This document shows positions 53,426 through 64,000 of a stretch of 64,000 bases of DNA, piece by piece. The notes under the pieces are model-generated. The model was not told the origin of the DNA and did no database searches. It was given only the letters and a program-made list of their open reading frames with translations. Position 1 is the stretch's first letter. Each line of letters begins with the position of its first letter. The DNA comes from Dendrobates tinctorius (taxonomy: Eukaryota): the NCBI RefSeq assembly GCF_039654945.1, contig NW_027361697.1, positions 55,366,001 to 55,430,000 of the forward strand, given 5' to 3'. The position numbers and the translations under genes were made by a program.

Positions 53426-53509
53426 GGGTATTTGGTTGAAACGTTTTTTTGTAAAAAATGTATACTTAGCCGCTCTACCAAACATCAAGGTATACCCATA
53501 TCAGAGCAG
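53426..53509 (-). ncRNA. Putative HDV-like self-cleaving ribozyme (B1)
   Basis: P1 CTGCTCT/AGAGCGG, P2 GGGTAT/ATACCC, P3 ACC/GGT, L3 TTGATGTTT, T6/A7 P4, J4/2 A-C-C-A-A. Confidence 0.62.
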
Positions 53510-53857
53510 TCCGTAACCGATGTACGTATTTAAAAACCTGACCATGTGTATGGTACCTATATGAGCAGGATGCAGAAAGGTAATGTCCGGGGTGGACACG
53601 CTGTGGAAGACGGCTTATATGTGCACCGCCCACAAGGGAGGGGTGAGACCTCCCTAATCTTGCAGAAACAAGAAACCAATTGAAAATAAACACATGGGCC
53701 ATGCACACAGTGAACAAGTCTGTATGACAGGGATCACACCACCAAAAGACTGAAACACAGGAAAACACAGTACAACAAACGTATAAAAATACTGTTGAAA
53801 AAAAAAAAAAAAAAAGGTAACAGTAAACAGCACGTGCTAGTAAAAAGATAACAAAAC

Positions 53858-53942
53858 GGTATTTGGTTGAAACGTTTATTTGCAAAAAATGTATACTAAG
53901 CCACTCTACCAAACGTCAAGGTATGCCCCCATATCAGAGCAG
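53858..53942 (-). ncRNA. Putative HDV-like self-cleaving ribozyme (B2)
   Basis: Tandem copy; L3 TTGACGTTT; P2 has one mismatch; the array ends at the predicted cleavage site. Confidence 0.55.
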
Positions 53943-56900
53943 AGTATTTTTATACGTTTGTTGTACTGTGTTTTTCTGTGTTTCATTGACCACAACCAGT
54001 CCACTGTCAGCACGTAGAGGGAAATGATGTATCCTCATAGGGCTGGATGGGTCACGCCTGGAATAAATATTCATGGTGCACAGGGTTGTTTTTCTATTCT
54101 CCTCCAGTGATCTGTGCAGATAACAGACCTGGTAAGAGTCGGACAGGTGACGTTTTGGAGAAACCTGATAATCTACTTTGTATTTGGCTGATGAATACAA
54201 GAGTTTCATGGAGTAAATTGCTAGAAGCCTAAGTCCTGCACTGTGCTCGCTGCACCCGAGCCGCCTCCAGCAGATCTGCCGCCATTCCGGGAATGGTAAT
54301 CGCAGCCAATCTGAGGAGATGATTGTGAATTATTAAGTTGGCTTCTTCCTGGCTAATGCGCTTGCAGCTCCGGCATGGAAACACTTTTGCAGTCGTTCCT
54401 GTTGCCATTATAGATTTCATGCTCATCCGGGAGGCACTGTATCGAAATATATTATTCCTAAAAGCTGTGGACAGAGACTGCTGTGGTTTTCCATTGTTTC
54501 ACCAGCTGGTTTTTATTACATTGTCGAGGGGAATAACAGGATGTGAGCCGGGCTGTTTTGTGATGATTGGAGCCAGCTTATGTACTAGTTTTTCATCAGA
54601 AATTATTAACTTGGGGTCTGTGCCCATGATACAGATTTGTCACAAAACCTGATTGCAGCAAAGTGACAGAGTCCTGAAGTCTTGTACACATTGCTTATGC
54701 TGTGCAGAGTGAATTCTGCAGCATGGCAATTCTGTCAGTGTTTTTTGCTGCAGGTTTCACCCATACTAATGAATGGGGAAATTCTGCAACAAAAAAAAGC
54801 GTGTTTAAAAAAAAAAAAGCACATATTTTACTCGGGGTTTTTTTTTTTTGCCCCAAATACTTAGTTTGCACATTCTCTAATAGAGATTACTGCATTTTAT
54901 ACAGTAAGTTGACTCTTAAAGCCCAATTCGTTATTGAATTTGTGTGTTTTTTTTCATTTTGGCGTTTTTCATTTGTGCCTTCTTGTAATGACTCTTTTAT
55001 ATGCATTTCCCTGGTGTGTGTGTGTTTTTTATTTATTTTTTTAAGAGTTGTCCACTACTAGGACAACCTCTCTTCACTTCTCTGAGTGTTTTCCCCTGTT
55101 AAAATAAAAACATCTATATTCTCCTCCCGTGCCGGCGTCATTCCAGCGGTGTCAGCACTCACTTTCCAGGGCTCACATGAGGTTATGTCACGTGCGCCCA
55201 GTCAGCGGCAGTATCACTGTCCCCTTTTTCTCCTTCGCCTCATTGGGGGACACAGACCATGGGTGTTATGCTGCTGACAATAAGTAATACAAAGAAAGTT
55301 AGCTGCTCCTCTGCAGTATACACCCGCATGCTGGCTCCCAGAAAACCAGTTCTTACTTAGTGTCCGTATGTTAAAGCGGATGGTACAAGGAGGCAGTTGG
55401 TCCCTCTCCACCTCCCTATTAAAGGGATGGTGGATTGAGGGTTACCCCTTTACCTCTGCACCATCCAAGACCAGCAGCAGCAGGAGGACCTGCAACATAC
55501 CTGGTTTACCTGCCACCCGGCAGTTTCTCCGGGTATGTGCCAGGTCTGGAGGGCTCTTTTCAGGAGGTCTGGGGCGGCGCTGGCATAAGGAGGCTCATAC
55601 TGCAGCCGGGGGGGCACGACATCCGACCCCTTCTTGCGTTGGCCGGCACTGAAAAATTTAGCCCGCGGCTTCGGTCTACAAGAAGCGGCTCTGAGATTCT
55701 CGTTGGCCTTCTCGCTCTCCCCCACGACTGCCTCACGAGCTGGCATCCGGAAGCGGCTGCGGCATATTATCCGACGGCATTCAGCGCTGAGGACAGCGCT
55801 AATCCAAAATCCAACGGACTCAAGATCCGGGTAAGGAGGCGCTGCCCCCCCCCCCCCCCCCGCAGTACCTCCGGCAGAGAAATGAAGTAAGGGCAAAAGA
55901 AGAATAAAAAAAAAAAACTGTACACTTTTGCCCCAGTGACGGCATGTCTTTAGCTGGTTTTCTTTACGCAGAAATCTCCGTGTAACTGCAGGGGTGCCGC
56001 CATGTAAACTATTGCAGCACCAGTAAGCCTTTACAAACTGCAGTCACTTAAAATACTGTTCTGCCTACTGTGGTTAGAGTACTCACTGGTCTTAAAGGCG
56101 CATGACCAGTCTAGAGTCCCCAATTACAGTCTTCTTAATCCGCCAGTCACTTCTCGCCCACTGCGAGAGTGTCTTTGTTGATTCACGCCGACTATCTTGG
56201 ACTCAGGTGATGGGCAAGCGGCTCCAGTGGTACTTAAGTCCCACAAGCCGTCATACTATAGCGTACAGCATTTCTTTCCCCAAGGAGGAAAACGACTGTC
56301 CTCAGGGGCACAGCATCTGGGTAAGTGCTGCACATACAAATTACTCACATGCTTCCCCTTTTTAGTCAAAGTACTCTGCTGTACAACTTTGCAGGGCTAC
56401 GCTGCCTTACAGCTGCGCTGGTGTATACCTCTAGCATTCCCTGCAGTGTACAAACTATGCCGCTCTGTGTCACCTGTGATCCTAAACACGGCTTGTGACC
56501 CCTAATACGCTCAGGAGCCCTCCACTGTCACCAAGTCTGGTGTACTTAGTCCCCTCAAGTGGGCTTCGTCAATGTCACAATTCATGGCCTCTCTGGCCAA
56601 AGGCAGAGGGATTCCCCTCTTTAGATCGGCCAGCTTCCAGCTGACTGAGGTAGATGGATCCTCTCCTACAAGGGAGTCGTCTCCTTGCGGCCCCTGCTAG
56701 CCTTCTACAATCGTGCAAGCGTCTAGAAAAGGGATCCGTAGTACTCCTACTGAGCTATCATGTGTCTTGGCATCCGAGCTCCGCTGCTCGCTCTCTCTCA
56801 CCAGAGGTCTGTAGCGAACATGATTCTGAGTATGATTCGGAGGTTTACTGGCTCTGGTTCTGACAGTTTTCCAGAAACCGGCGGATTCACTTTCTTGAGG

Positions 56901-58824
56901 CCGTCAACCAATCTCTGTAGGTTTACAAGAACTCCGGCCCTGCTCCGGATCACGCAGTGTCCTTCAAAACTGCTAAACTCCCTCATAGTACATTTGCATT
57001 CACCCGGATGGGAGCGGCCGGATAAGCGATTCACTCGGCAGAAACCTCCTGAAGCGCGGTATTCTTTTCAGGCAACAGACGTGCACATGGAGTGTCGCCT
57101 CCATGAATCCTCCCCTGCAATGTGGGATGCCATGCCGGGTCTGATTTTCAGATCAAAAATCTTTTTTCATCTTTCATCGGATAACAGGGGCAACAGATCC
57201 TTTCAAGGTTTCGATCTCCCCAAATCAACAACAGGCGAGCACGCAGAGTGTCGCCTCCACGTATCCTCTCCTGCAATGTGTGATGCCATGCCTGGGTTGA
57301 TTTTTAAGTGAGACGGGTCCCTTAAACAGCACCGATCTCCCCACACCATCAACAGACGAGCACATAGTGTCGCCTCTATGTATCCTCTTCAGCCAGACCA
57401 TTGCCGGACAACTAGCCCTGTCCCCCTGGGGGCTTGAACTCCGTGGATGTACAAAAGCACCCACCCCCTTTTTTGGCGTCCCTCTCCACCTCCATGTTAT
57501 GGGGATGATGGATCAAGGGTTCATCACCTTAATTCTGCACCGTCCCAAGACAGCAGTGACGACAAGAGACGGTTTATCCTGACCTGCTGGATACAACTGC
57601 GTATTCCACCACCCGGCAGTTTCTCCGGGTACGTGACTATGGATCCACGCCTCTTTGGATGCGTCTACTTATGCGGCGCTGTCAGCAGCGAACACCATTA
57701 CATTCAGAAGGGCATTATGGCTCAGAAAATGGAAATCGGACTCTGCGTCCAAAACAGTCTCCAACACCTCTCCCTTACCAGAGTGGTCGGTTATTCGGTG
57801 AGAAGTGGGAACCAATCCAGGCAGGCCCACTACTTCCTCGCAATCAGGGTGTTCCCCATGCAGGGACAAAGCACCGATCCGGGACCTCAAATTTCTAACA
57901 AGTTTATTAAGGTCTGTCTTTTTGGGATGGAATTCCTCCGTTCGGTTATTACCTCAACGAGAAAAGTTTTCCCGTCTCCCATGACGGCACACATGAGAGA
58001 GGGGATCCGCCCAGTCAGGACAGGAATCCTACTGAAGATAAAAGGGCGGTACCTCTCCCTCGCTTCAGTTGGGTTTCCTGTCCTGACAGGGACCCGTGTA
58101 CTGAAGACGTACCTGCCCCTCTCTCGTGCCGGCGTGGAAGAACAGGCAGGGTCCTGGACGCCGTGCGTCGGGGGAGGGAAGCGCCGTCCGCGGGTCCCCC
58201 GGGGGCTCAGCGTCCGAGCGGGCGCAGGAGCAGCACGGCCTGGGGTCCTGGGGCTCTGCCGTGGCTGCCGCGCCGCCCTCTACCCCTCTGCCGCATCCAG
58301 GAGCATCAGGGAATGGTCACTTCCGGGTCGTTCTCCCCTGACGTCACACGCAGGGCACGATGGGAGGGAGGCGGCGCCGGCAATCCAAGATGGCAGCGCC
58401 CATAGCAAATAACGCCGGCCGGCGAAAGGAGATCCCGGCGGCATGGCGGGGGGGGGGGACTGTGGGGTAACCAGAGGAGGCGGAGAGTGCAGTGGATCCC
58501 CATTACAAAAGGGGGATGACCACAGAAGACGCACTCATGCCCAAGGCTTCATGATGGAAGTGGGGCAAGACGAGCAGCGTCAGCAGCAAGACCTCTCGCC
58601 AGATGCCAGGCCGAGCCGCCAACATACCAGGAGCAGTCGCTCGAGTGGTGGGAGCAGCAGTCATAAACGCAATCGGCATGACTCTGAGACGTCCTGGAGA
58701 AACGTCACGAGTGCATCTGAGGAGCCTCCGAGATCGGTACCCCTGATTGACAGGGGTGGTGAGTGATCTACGTGAATGTCACCCTTATGGTAACGGGGTT
58801 CCATTTTCTCTGTTTGATCACTAG

Positions 58825-60092
58825 GGGTCGAGGAAGGCCAGCAGCAAAACCAAAAATAGAGAATGCGCCCTATGTAAACACCCGCTGGCAGATCAGTGGC
58901 AGAAAGACCTCTGCGCTGACTGTATAAATAAAACTATACATGAGGAGACCCCTGATTTGGTGACTAGCCTTAAACAGTTAATTCAACAGGAGGTGAAAGG
59001 TTCCCTAAAGGCAGCCCTTAAAAAGAAAGATAAAAGAAATCGTAGAAGAAGCTCCGATTCAGAGGCCTCGCCAAGGCAGAAGGGGCGGGATAGATCCTTG
59101 TCCCCCTCCACCTCCTCTTCCTCTACTCAGTCCTCAGAATCCTCCTCGGACAGCGATATAGGCGGCCGTCCATGTTTCCCAACAGAGGATGTGGAAAAAC
59201 TGGTCAGAGCAATTAGGGCTACAATGGGCCTTAAAGAGGAAAATGCTCCCAAATCATTAGAGGATGTAATGTTTGGAGGACTGGAGGAAAAACGAAAACG
59301 TACCTTCCCTGTAAATGATAAAATAAAAGCACTAATTGACAGGGAATTGAAAAAACCGGGGAGGTAAGGGGGCTTACCTTCCGCATCAAAGAGGAGGTAC
59401 CCTTTTGAGCAGAAGGATTCAGAAGCCTGGGAAAAAGTCCCAAAAATTGATGGGGCCGTAGCCAGATCCTCAAAAAAAGGTATCCCTACCATTAGAGGAC
59501 TCTGGTGTGTTGAAAGACCTGCTTGACAAAAAAGCAGACGGTTTCCTGAAGCACATCTGGGAAGCTTCAGCAGGTGGATTGAAACCAGCGATAGCTGGTA
59601 CCTGTACCGCTTGTGCCCTCATGGTCTGGCTGCAACAAATAGAGGACCAGATCAAGGATAGAGTTCCTAGGGACGAAATTCTGGCTAATTTGACACTGGT
59701 GCACGGAGCAGCGGCTTTCCTAGCAGATTCCTCTGCAGACTCCGCAAGATTGACAGCTAGGGCAGCAAGCCTGTCAAACGCGGCAAGACGAGCCCTGTGG
59801 CTTAAAGGGTGTCCCGGAGATTTACCATCAAAGCATATGTTATGTTCCATTCCATGCGATGGCCAATTCCTCTTTGGGAAAAAACTAGAAGAGATTTTGG
59901 AACATGCGGGGGATAGGAAGAAAAGCTTTCCCCGATTTCCGGGAGAACCTAAAAAGCAGCCCTTTCGGAGGAGGAGATTTAACAGGGGTCGTCCCCCGGG
60001 AGATAGAAAAAGCTGGGACTTTAAAGAAAGAAGAGGATCGGGCTATATGTTTAAAGGGCCCTCCACTTCCTCCAAAAAAATATCCCCAATGA
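58825..60092 (+). pseudogene. DIRS copy 2 gag (frameshifted)
   Basis: CALC...CADC finger, YPF...W..VPKIDGAV, RRALWL, LFG motifs spread over several frames. Confidence 0.85.
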
Positions 60093-61989
60093 CATTGGGC
60101 CGGAAGTAGGGGGAAGGCTTTCTCTCTTCCTTTCCGCCTGGGCAAATATCTCCCCCAGTACATGGGTCCTAAATATAATCAAGGACGGCTTAAAAATAAA
60201 ATTCATCCGTCCGCCCAGGCATACCTTCATAATGACACCCAGAAGGAAAGCCCAAGAGCAACAGCTGGCCCTGGAGACGGAAGTCTTGGGACTAGTGAAA
60301 AAACAAGTCCTACAGGAAGTCCCAGTGCAAGAAGAAGGAAGGGGGTTCTACTCCCCCCTCTTCTTAATACAAAAACCAGATGGCTCTTGGAGAACCATTG
60401 TCAACCTGAGGAGACTCAATCAGTGGGTAGACAATTGCTCCTTCAAAATGGAGTCAATCAACACGGCCACAAAGATCCTGTCCCAGCATTGCCTCATGGC
60501 ATTGATAGACTTAAAAGATGCCTACTATCACATCCCAATTCATCGGGAGTATCAAAAATATTTGAGAGTAGCGCTCTATGTCCAGGGGCAGGTGAAACAC
60601 TACCAGTACGGATCCCTTCCATTTGGCCTGTCTACAGCCCCCAGAGTATTCACCAAAGTGATGGCCGAAGTAATGTCTTTTCTGCGTTCCAGGGACATAG
60701 TGATTGTCCCATACCTAGACGACTTTCTGGTAATAGGGAGGTCGGAGTCCCACTGCACACATCAAGTGAAGGAAGTGATAGCAATTCTAGTAGAACTAGG
60801 ATGGATAGTAAACATCCCCAAGTCAAGGCTAACCCCAGTAAAAGAGCAATCCTTCCTAGGGTTGATATTGGACTCCGAGTAACAACACTGCCTCCTACAA
60901 GAGAGCAAAGTGACCAAGATAAGGGGCCTAGCTCGCACAGCAATACAAAGGCCAAATATGACACTGAGGAACGCAATGTCCCTTTTAGGCTCGTTGACAT
61001 CATGCATACCCGCAGTAGCATGGGCGCAGTACCACTTAAGGCAACTACAGTGGGAAGTTCTGTCAGCACAGAAACAATTAAAAGGGCATTTAGAAGGCAA
61101 ACTATGTCTCTCAGTGGCTGTAAGAGATTCCCTGCTCTGGTGGACTGTAGAAAAGAATCTAACAGCCGGTGTCCCGTGGCAAAAACCAGTCGAGGACATC
61201 ATTACAACAGACGCGAGTGCCACAGGATGGGGAGCACACCTGAGATCCCACTCAATACAGGGGACCTGGTCCTCGCTAGAAAGGGATTACGGTTCAAATG
61301 TAAAAGAACTATGGGCAGTGGAAAAAGCCGTGAAACATTTCCTTCCCTTACTTCGGGGCCGCCACAACTGGGTCATGACGGACAATCAAGCAGTAGTAGC
61401 CTACATCAATCACCAGGGGGGAACAAGATCTCGGGGCCTCATGCAAATATCGGATCTACTCTTCCAGCTAGCAGAACAACATCTGTTATCCATCACAGCA
61501 CTGCACATAAAGGGGGCAGAAAATATCCATGCAGATTTCCTGAGTCGCAGGCACCTAAGACAAGGGGAATGGTCCCTAAACCCCCAAGTCTTCCAACAAA
61601 TAGTTCAGGCCTGGGGCAAACCAGAAATAGACCTGTTCGCTACCGCACACAACCGGAAGGTCAGGAAGTTCTGCTCACTAAACCCAAGGGAAAACCCCTT
61701 CGCAGTAGATGCCCTACAAATACCCTGGAAGTTCATCCTGGCCTATGCATTTCCCCCGATAACAATGATCCCAGTAGTGGTCAGGAAAATCGGGGAGGAT
61801 CGAGCGAGAATAATTCTTATAGCTCCGATTTGGCCGAGAAGGCCTTGGTTCTCCCTTCTGAGGCTTATGTCAGTGACAGATCCATGGATACTACCAGAGA
61901 TTCCAGACCTGCTCTCCCAGGGACCAGTGGTCCACTCTCAGGTGAAGGGCTTCCATCTAGCAGCCTGGAATTTGAGAGGGCGCTACTGA
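60091..61989 (+). pseudogene. DIRS copy 2 pol (RT-RNaseH-MT), one in-frame TAA at 60880-60882
   Basis: VGGRL, LPFGL, YLDD, TTDAS..GWG, DLFA...YAFPP. Confidence 0.92.
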
Positions 61990-62991
61990 GTCGCCAGGGA
62001 TTCTCTCCAGGGTTAGTCTCCACCCTGTTGAAAAGTAGGAAACCTATAACATCCCAAATCTACGGTAGAACGTGGAAAAAGTTCCTAGACTTCCTGGGGG
62101 AACCCTTGGGGGATGTAGCGCCACTGGGATCTATTCTAGAGTTCTTACAGTCGGGGCTACAACTGGGGTTAGCCACTAACACACTCAAAGTTCAAGTCTC
62201 AGCTTTGGGGGCCCTATATAACTGCAACTTAGCAGCCAATAGGTGGGTGTCCAGATTCATAAAGTCCTGTGGCAGGTCAAGGCCGGTCATTATCCAAAAG
62301 ATACCACCCTGGGACCTCAACCTAGTCTTAGAGGCCTTAACCAAAGACCCCTTTGAACCACTAATAGAACTGTCACCAAAGCTACTTACACTTAAAACTG
62401 TCTTCCTTAACATCAGCCCGAAGAGTCAGCGACATTCAAGCTCTGTCTATATGTCCTCCATATACACAGATCTTGGAGGACCGAGTGGTTCTAAGACCAG
62501 ACCCGGCCTATCTCCCCAAGGTAGTCCAAAAGTTTCATAGGACTCAGGAGATCTCCTTGCCATCTTTCTGTAACATTCCTAGAAACCCTGGGAAGCAAAA
62601 GTTCCATACATTAGATGTAAGAAGAGCCATATTACAATATATGTCAGTAACTAGTCAGTGGAGGAAAGATCAGTCCCTTTTTGTAGCCTTTCAGGGTAGT
62701 AGACAAGGGCACTGGGTAGCTAAGAGTACCATTGCCAGATGGATCAGGGAGGCCATTATGTTATCCTACTCCGCAAGTGGCGCTCCGGTTCCAGAAGGCA
62801 TCAAGGCTCACTCCACCAGAGCCGTGGCTACCTCCTGGGCAGAGAAGGCTAAGGTATCAATTGAAAAAATTTGTAAAGCCGCTACTTGGTCCTCACCTTC
62901 CACCTTTTTTAAGCACTACCGACTTGATCTGTCTTCCTCTACTGACCTAACCTTTGGTAGAAGGGTGCTGCAAGCGGTGGTCCCTCCCTAA
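60093..62991 (+). pseudogene. DIRS copy 2 tyrosine recombinase ORF with long overlap extension; frameshift near 62408
   Basis: ORFs 60162..62540 and 62473..62991; WDLNLVL, HSTR, ATW, KHY motifs. Confidence 0.9.
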
Positions 62992-64000
62992 GGTGTCTTA
63001 TTCTACAAAAGTCTCTCATGTGTGCCGTCATAGGAGACTGGAAAACACCAAGGTTACTTACCGGTAGCCGGTTTTTCCGGAGCCCATGACGGCACCTGTA
63101 TATTCCCCCCCCCTTTTCACTCCTTTGGTGTGCACTATAGTTTGGGTGTTTTTTTTAGTTAGATATAATGTGATAGTTTTACCATGTGTACTAACCCGGG
63201 GGGCCTCTCATGCTCTGTAAACCATCTGAAGCGAGGGAGAGGTACCGCCCTTTTAACTTCAGTAGGGTTCCTGTCCTGACTGGGCGGATCCCCTCTCATG
63301 TGTGCCATCATGGGCTCCGGAAAAAATGGCTACCGGTAAGTAACCTTGGTGTTTCTGACATCCATCGTCATTCGGGATGCTTACCTCCACATTCCAATTT
63401 TTTTCCCCTCGCCGAAGATTTCTCGCTTCCCCATTCTCGAACATCATTTTTGGTTCACGGCCTTGCTACCGTTCCCATAGTGTTCACAAGGGTCATGGCA
63501 GCTGTCATATCCATCTTGCACTCTCTGGGCATGGTCGTCCTATCCTATTGGGACGATTTTCTAGTCAAGGGACTGTACTTCCAGAACTGTGCTGAGTTTG
63601 TATGTATCATTTGCGATACCCTTTCTCGCCTGGGCTGGCTGTTAAGCCTAACCAAGTCTTTACTATTTCCAGCCCAGCGGTTATCCTTTTTGAGGATGTT
63701 CCTAGACACAACCAGAGGTTGGTGCTTCTCCCTCGAGACAAGGTCTTGGTACTCCACCAGGGAGCTTGCTCGCTGTGTCCCTGGCAATAGAGGCAGTCCC
63801 CTTGCCTCTGCAGGTCAGACTGGCTCTCAGTCAGTGGACTTGCCCCTTGTTGCCAAGGTGGTATTGTACTTCCACAACGCGGAACGGGTTCTCCATACCC
63901 TGAGCAAAGTGAGAGCTCTCACAAGGTACGTATCGAGGACAACATCCTTCCGAAGGTCGGACGCTCTATTCAGGCTTCCTGATGGTTACAGGAAGGGTTT

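Larger units (their letters stand above)
53297..53985 (-). repeat. Non-coding about 433-bp tandem repeat plus inverted partial copy (locus B), homologous to locus A
   Basis: 53297-53509 repeated at 53675-53942; 53940-53985 inverted; co-linear similarity to 20617-21281. Confidence 0.88.
57967..63354 (+). mobile_element. Full-length DIRS1 element of a second family (copy 2), disabled
   Basis: ITRs about 57978-58077 / 63219-63314 (several mismatches), ICR about 63013-63095, TTT at both ends, gag-pol-YR order. Confidence 0.95.
55227..64000 (+). mobile_element. Decayed DIRS1 element (copy 3; pieces 55227-57969 and 63352-64000), related to copy 1, host of copy 2
   Basis: 5' end TTTCTCCTTCGCCTCATTGGGGGACACAG like copy 1; gag, RT (MEFLRSVI...|FLTSI.IRDAYLHIPIF, DDFLVKG) and YR (HTLSKVRAL...SDALF) remnants. 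Confidence 0.88.

Noticed and set aside
57447-58412. 321-aa ORF
   Set aside because: Spans the junction of two DIRS elements and a GC-rich leader; chance open frame.

Overview
Vertebrate, almost certainly anuran (frog), genomic DNA; no prokaryotic features. Two host genes lie head-to-head: slc25a24 (SCaMC-1; minus strand; coding exon 1 at 36173-36355, exon 2 at 157-283, about 35.9 kb intron 1) and eeig2/fam102b (plus strand; coding exons 1-4 between 41359 and 49451). The introns are packed with transposable elements. These include one apparently intact DIRS1 tyrosine-recombinase retrotransposon (322-6236), a second full-length but disabled DIRS1 of another family (57967-63354) nested in the RT gene of a third decayed DIRS, five Tc1 elements (one with an intact ORF), CR1 and L2 LINE pieces, Helitron-like elements, solo LTRs, a V-SINE, many MITEs and minisatellites. 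There is a 150-N assembly gap. Two observations go beyond routine annotation. (1) A non-coding family of about 414-433 bp tandem repeats occurs at two loci (20617-21374 and 53297-53985). Each unit carries a complete HDV-like (L1Tc/CPEB3-type) nested double-pseudoknot fold with compensatory changes between the loci, making it a candidate HDV-ribozyme 'retrozyme'-like mobile RNA. (2) Both full-length DIRS families share an (A/C)AA-TGA-C gag stop followed by a hairpin, with the recombinase ORF in the 0 frame (in copy 2 after correcting one A-run indel) and RT in the +1 frame, suggesting one dual readthrough/+1-frameshift recoding site. Both are predictions from reading the sequence by eye and are untested.
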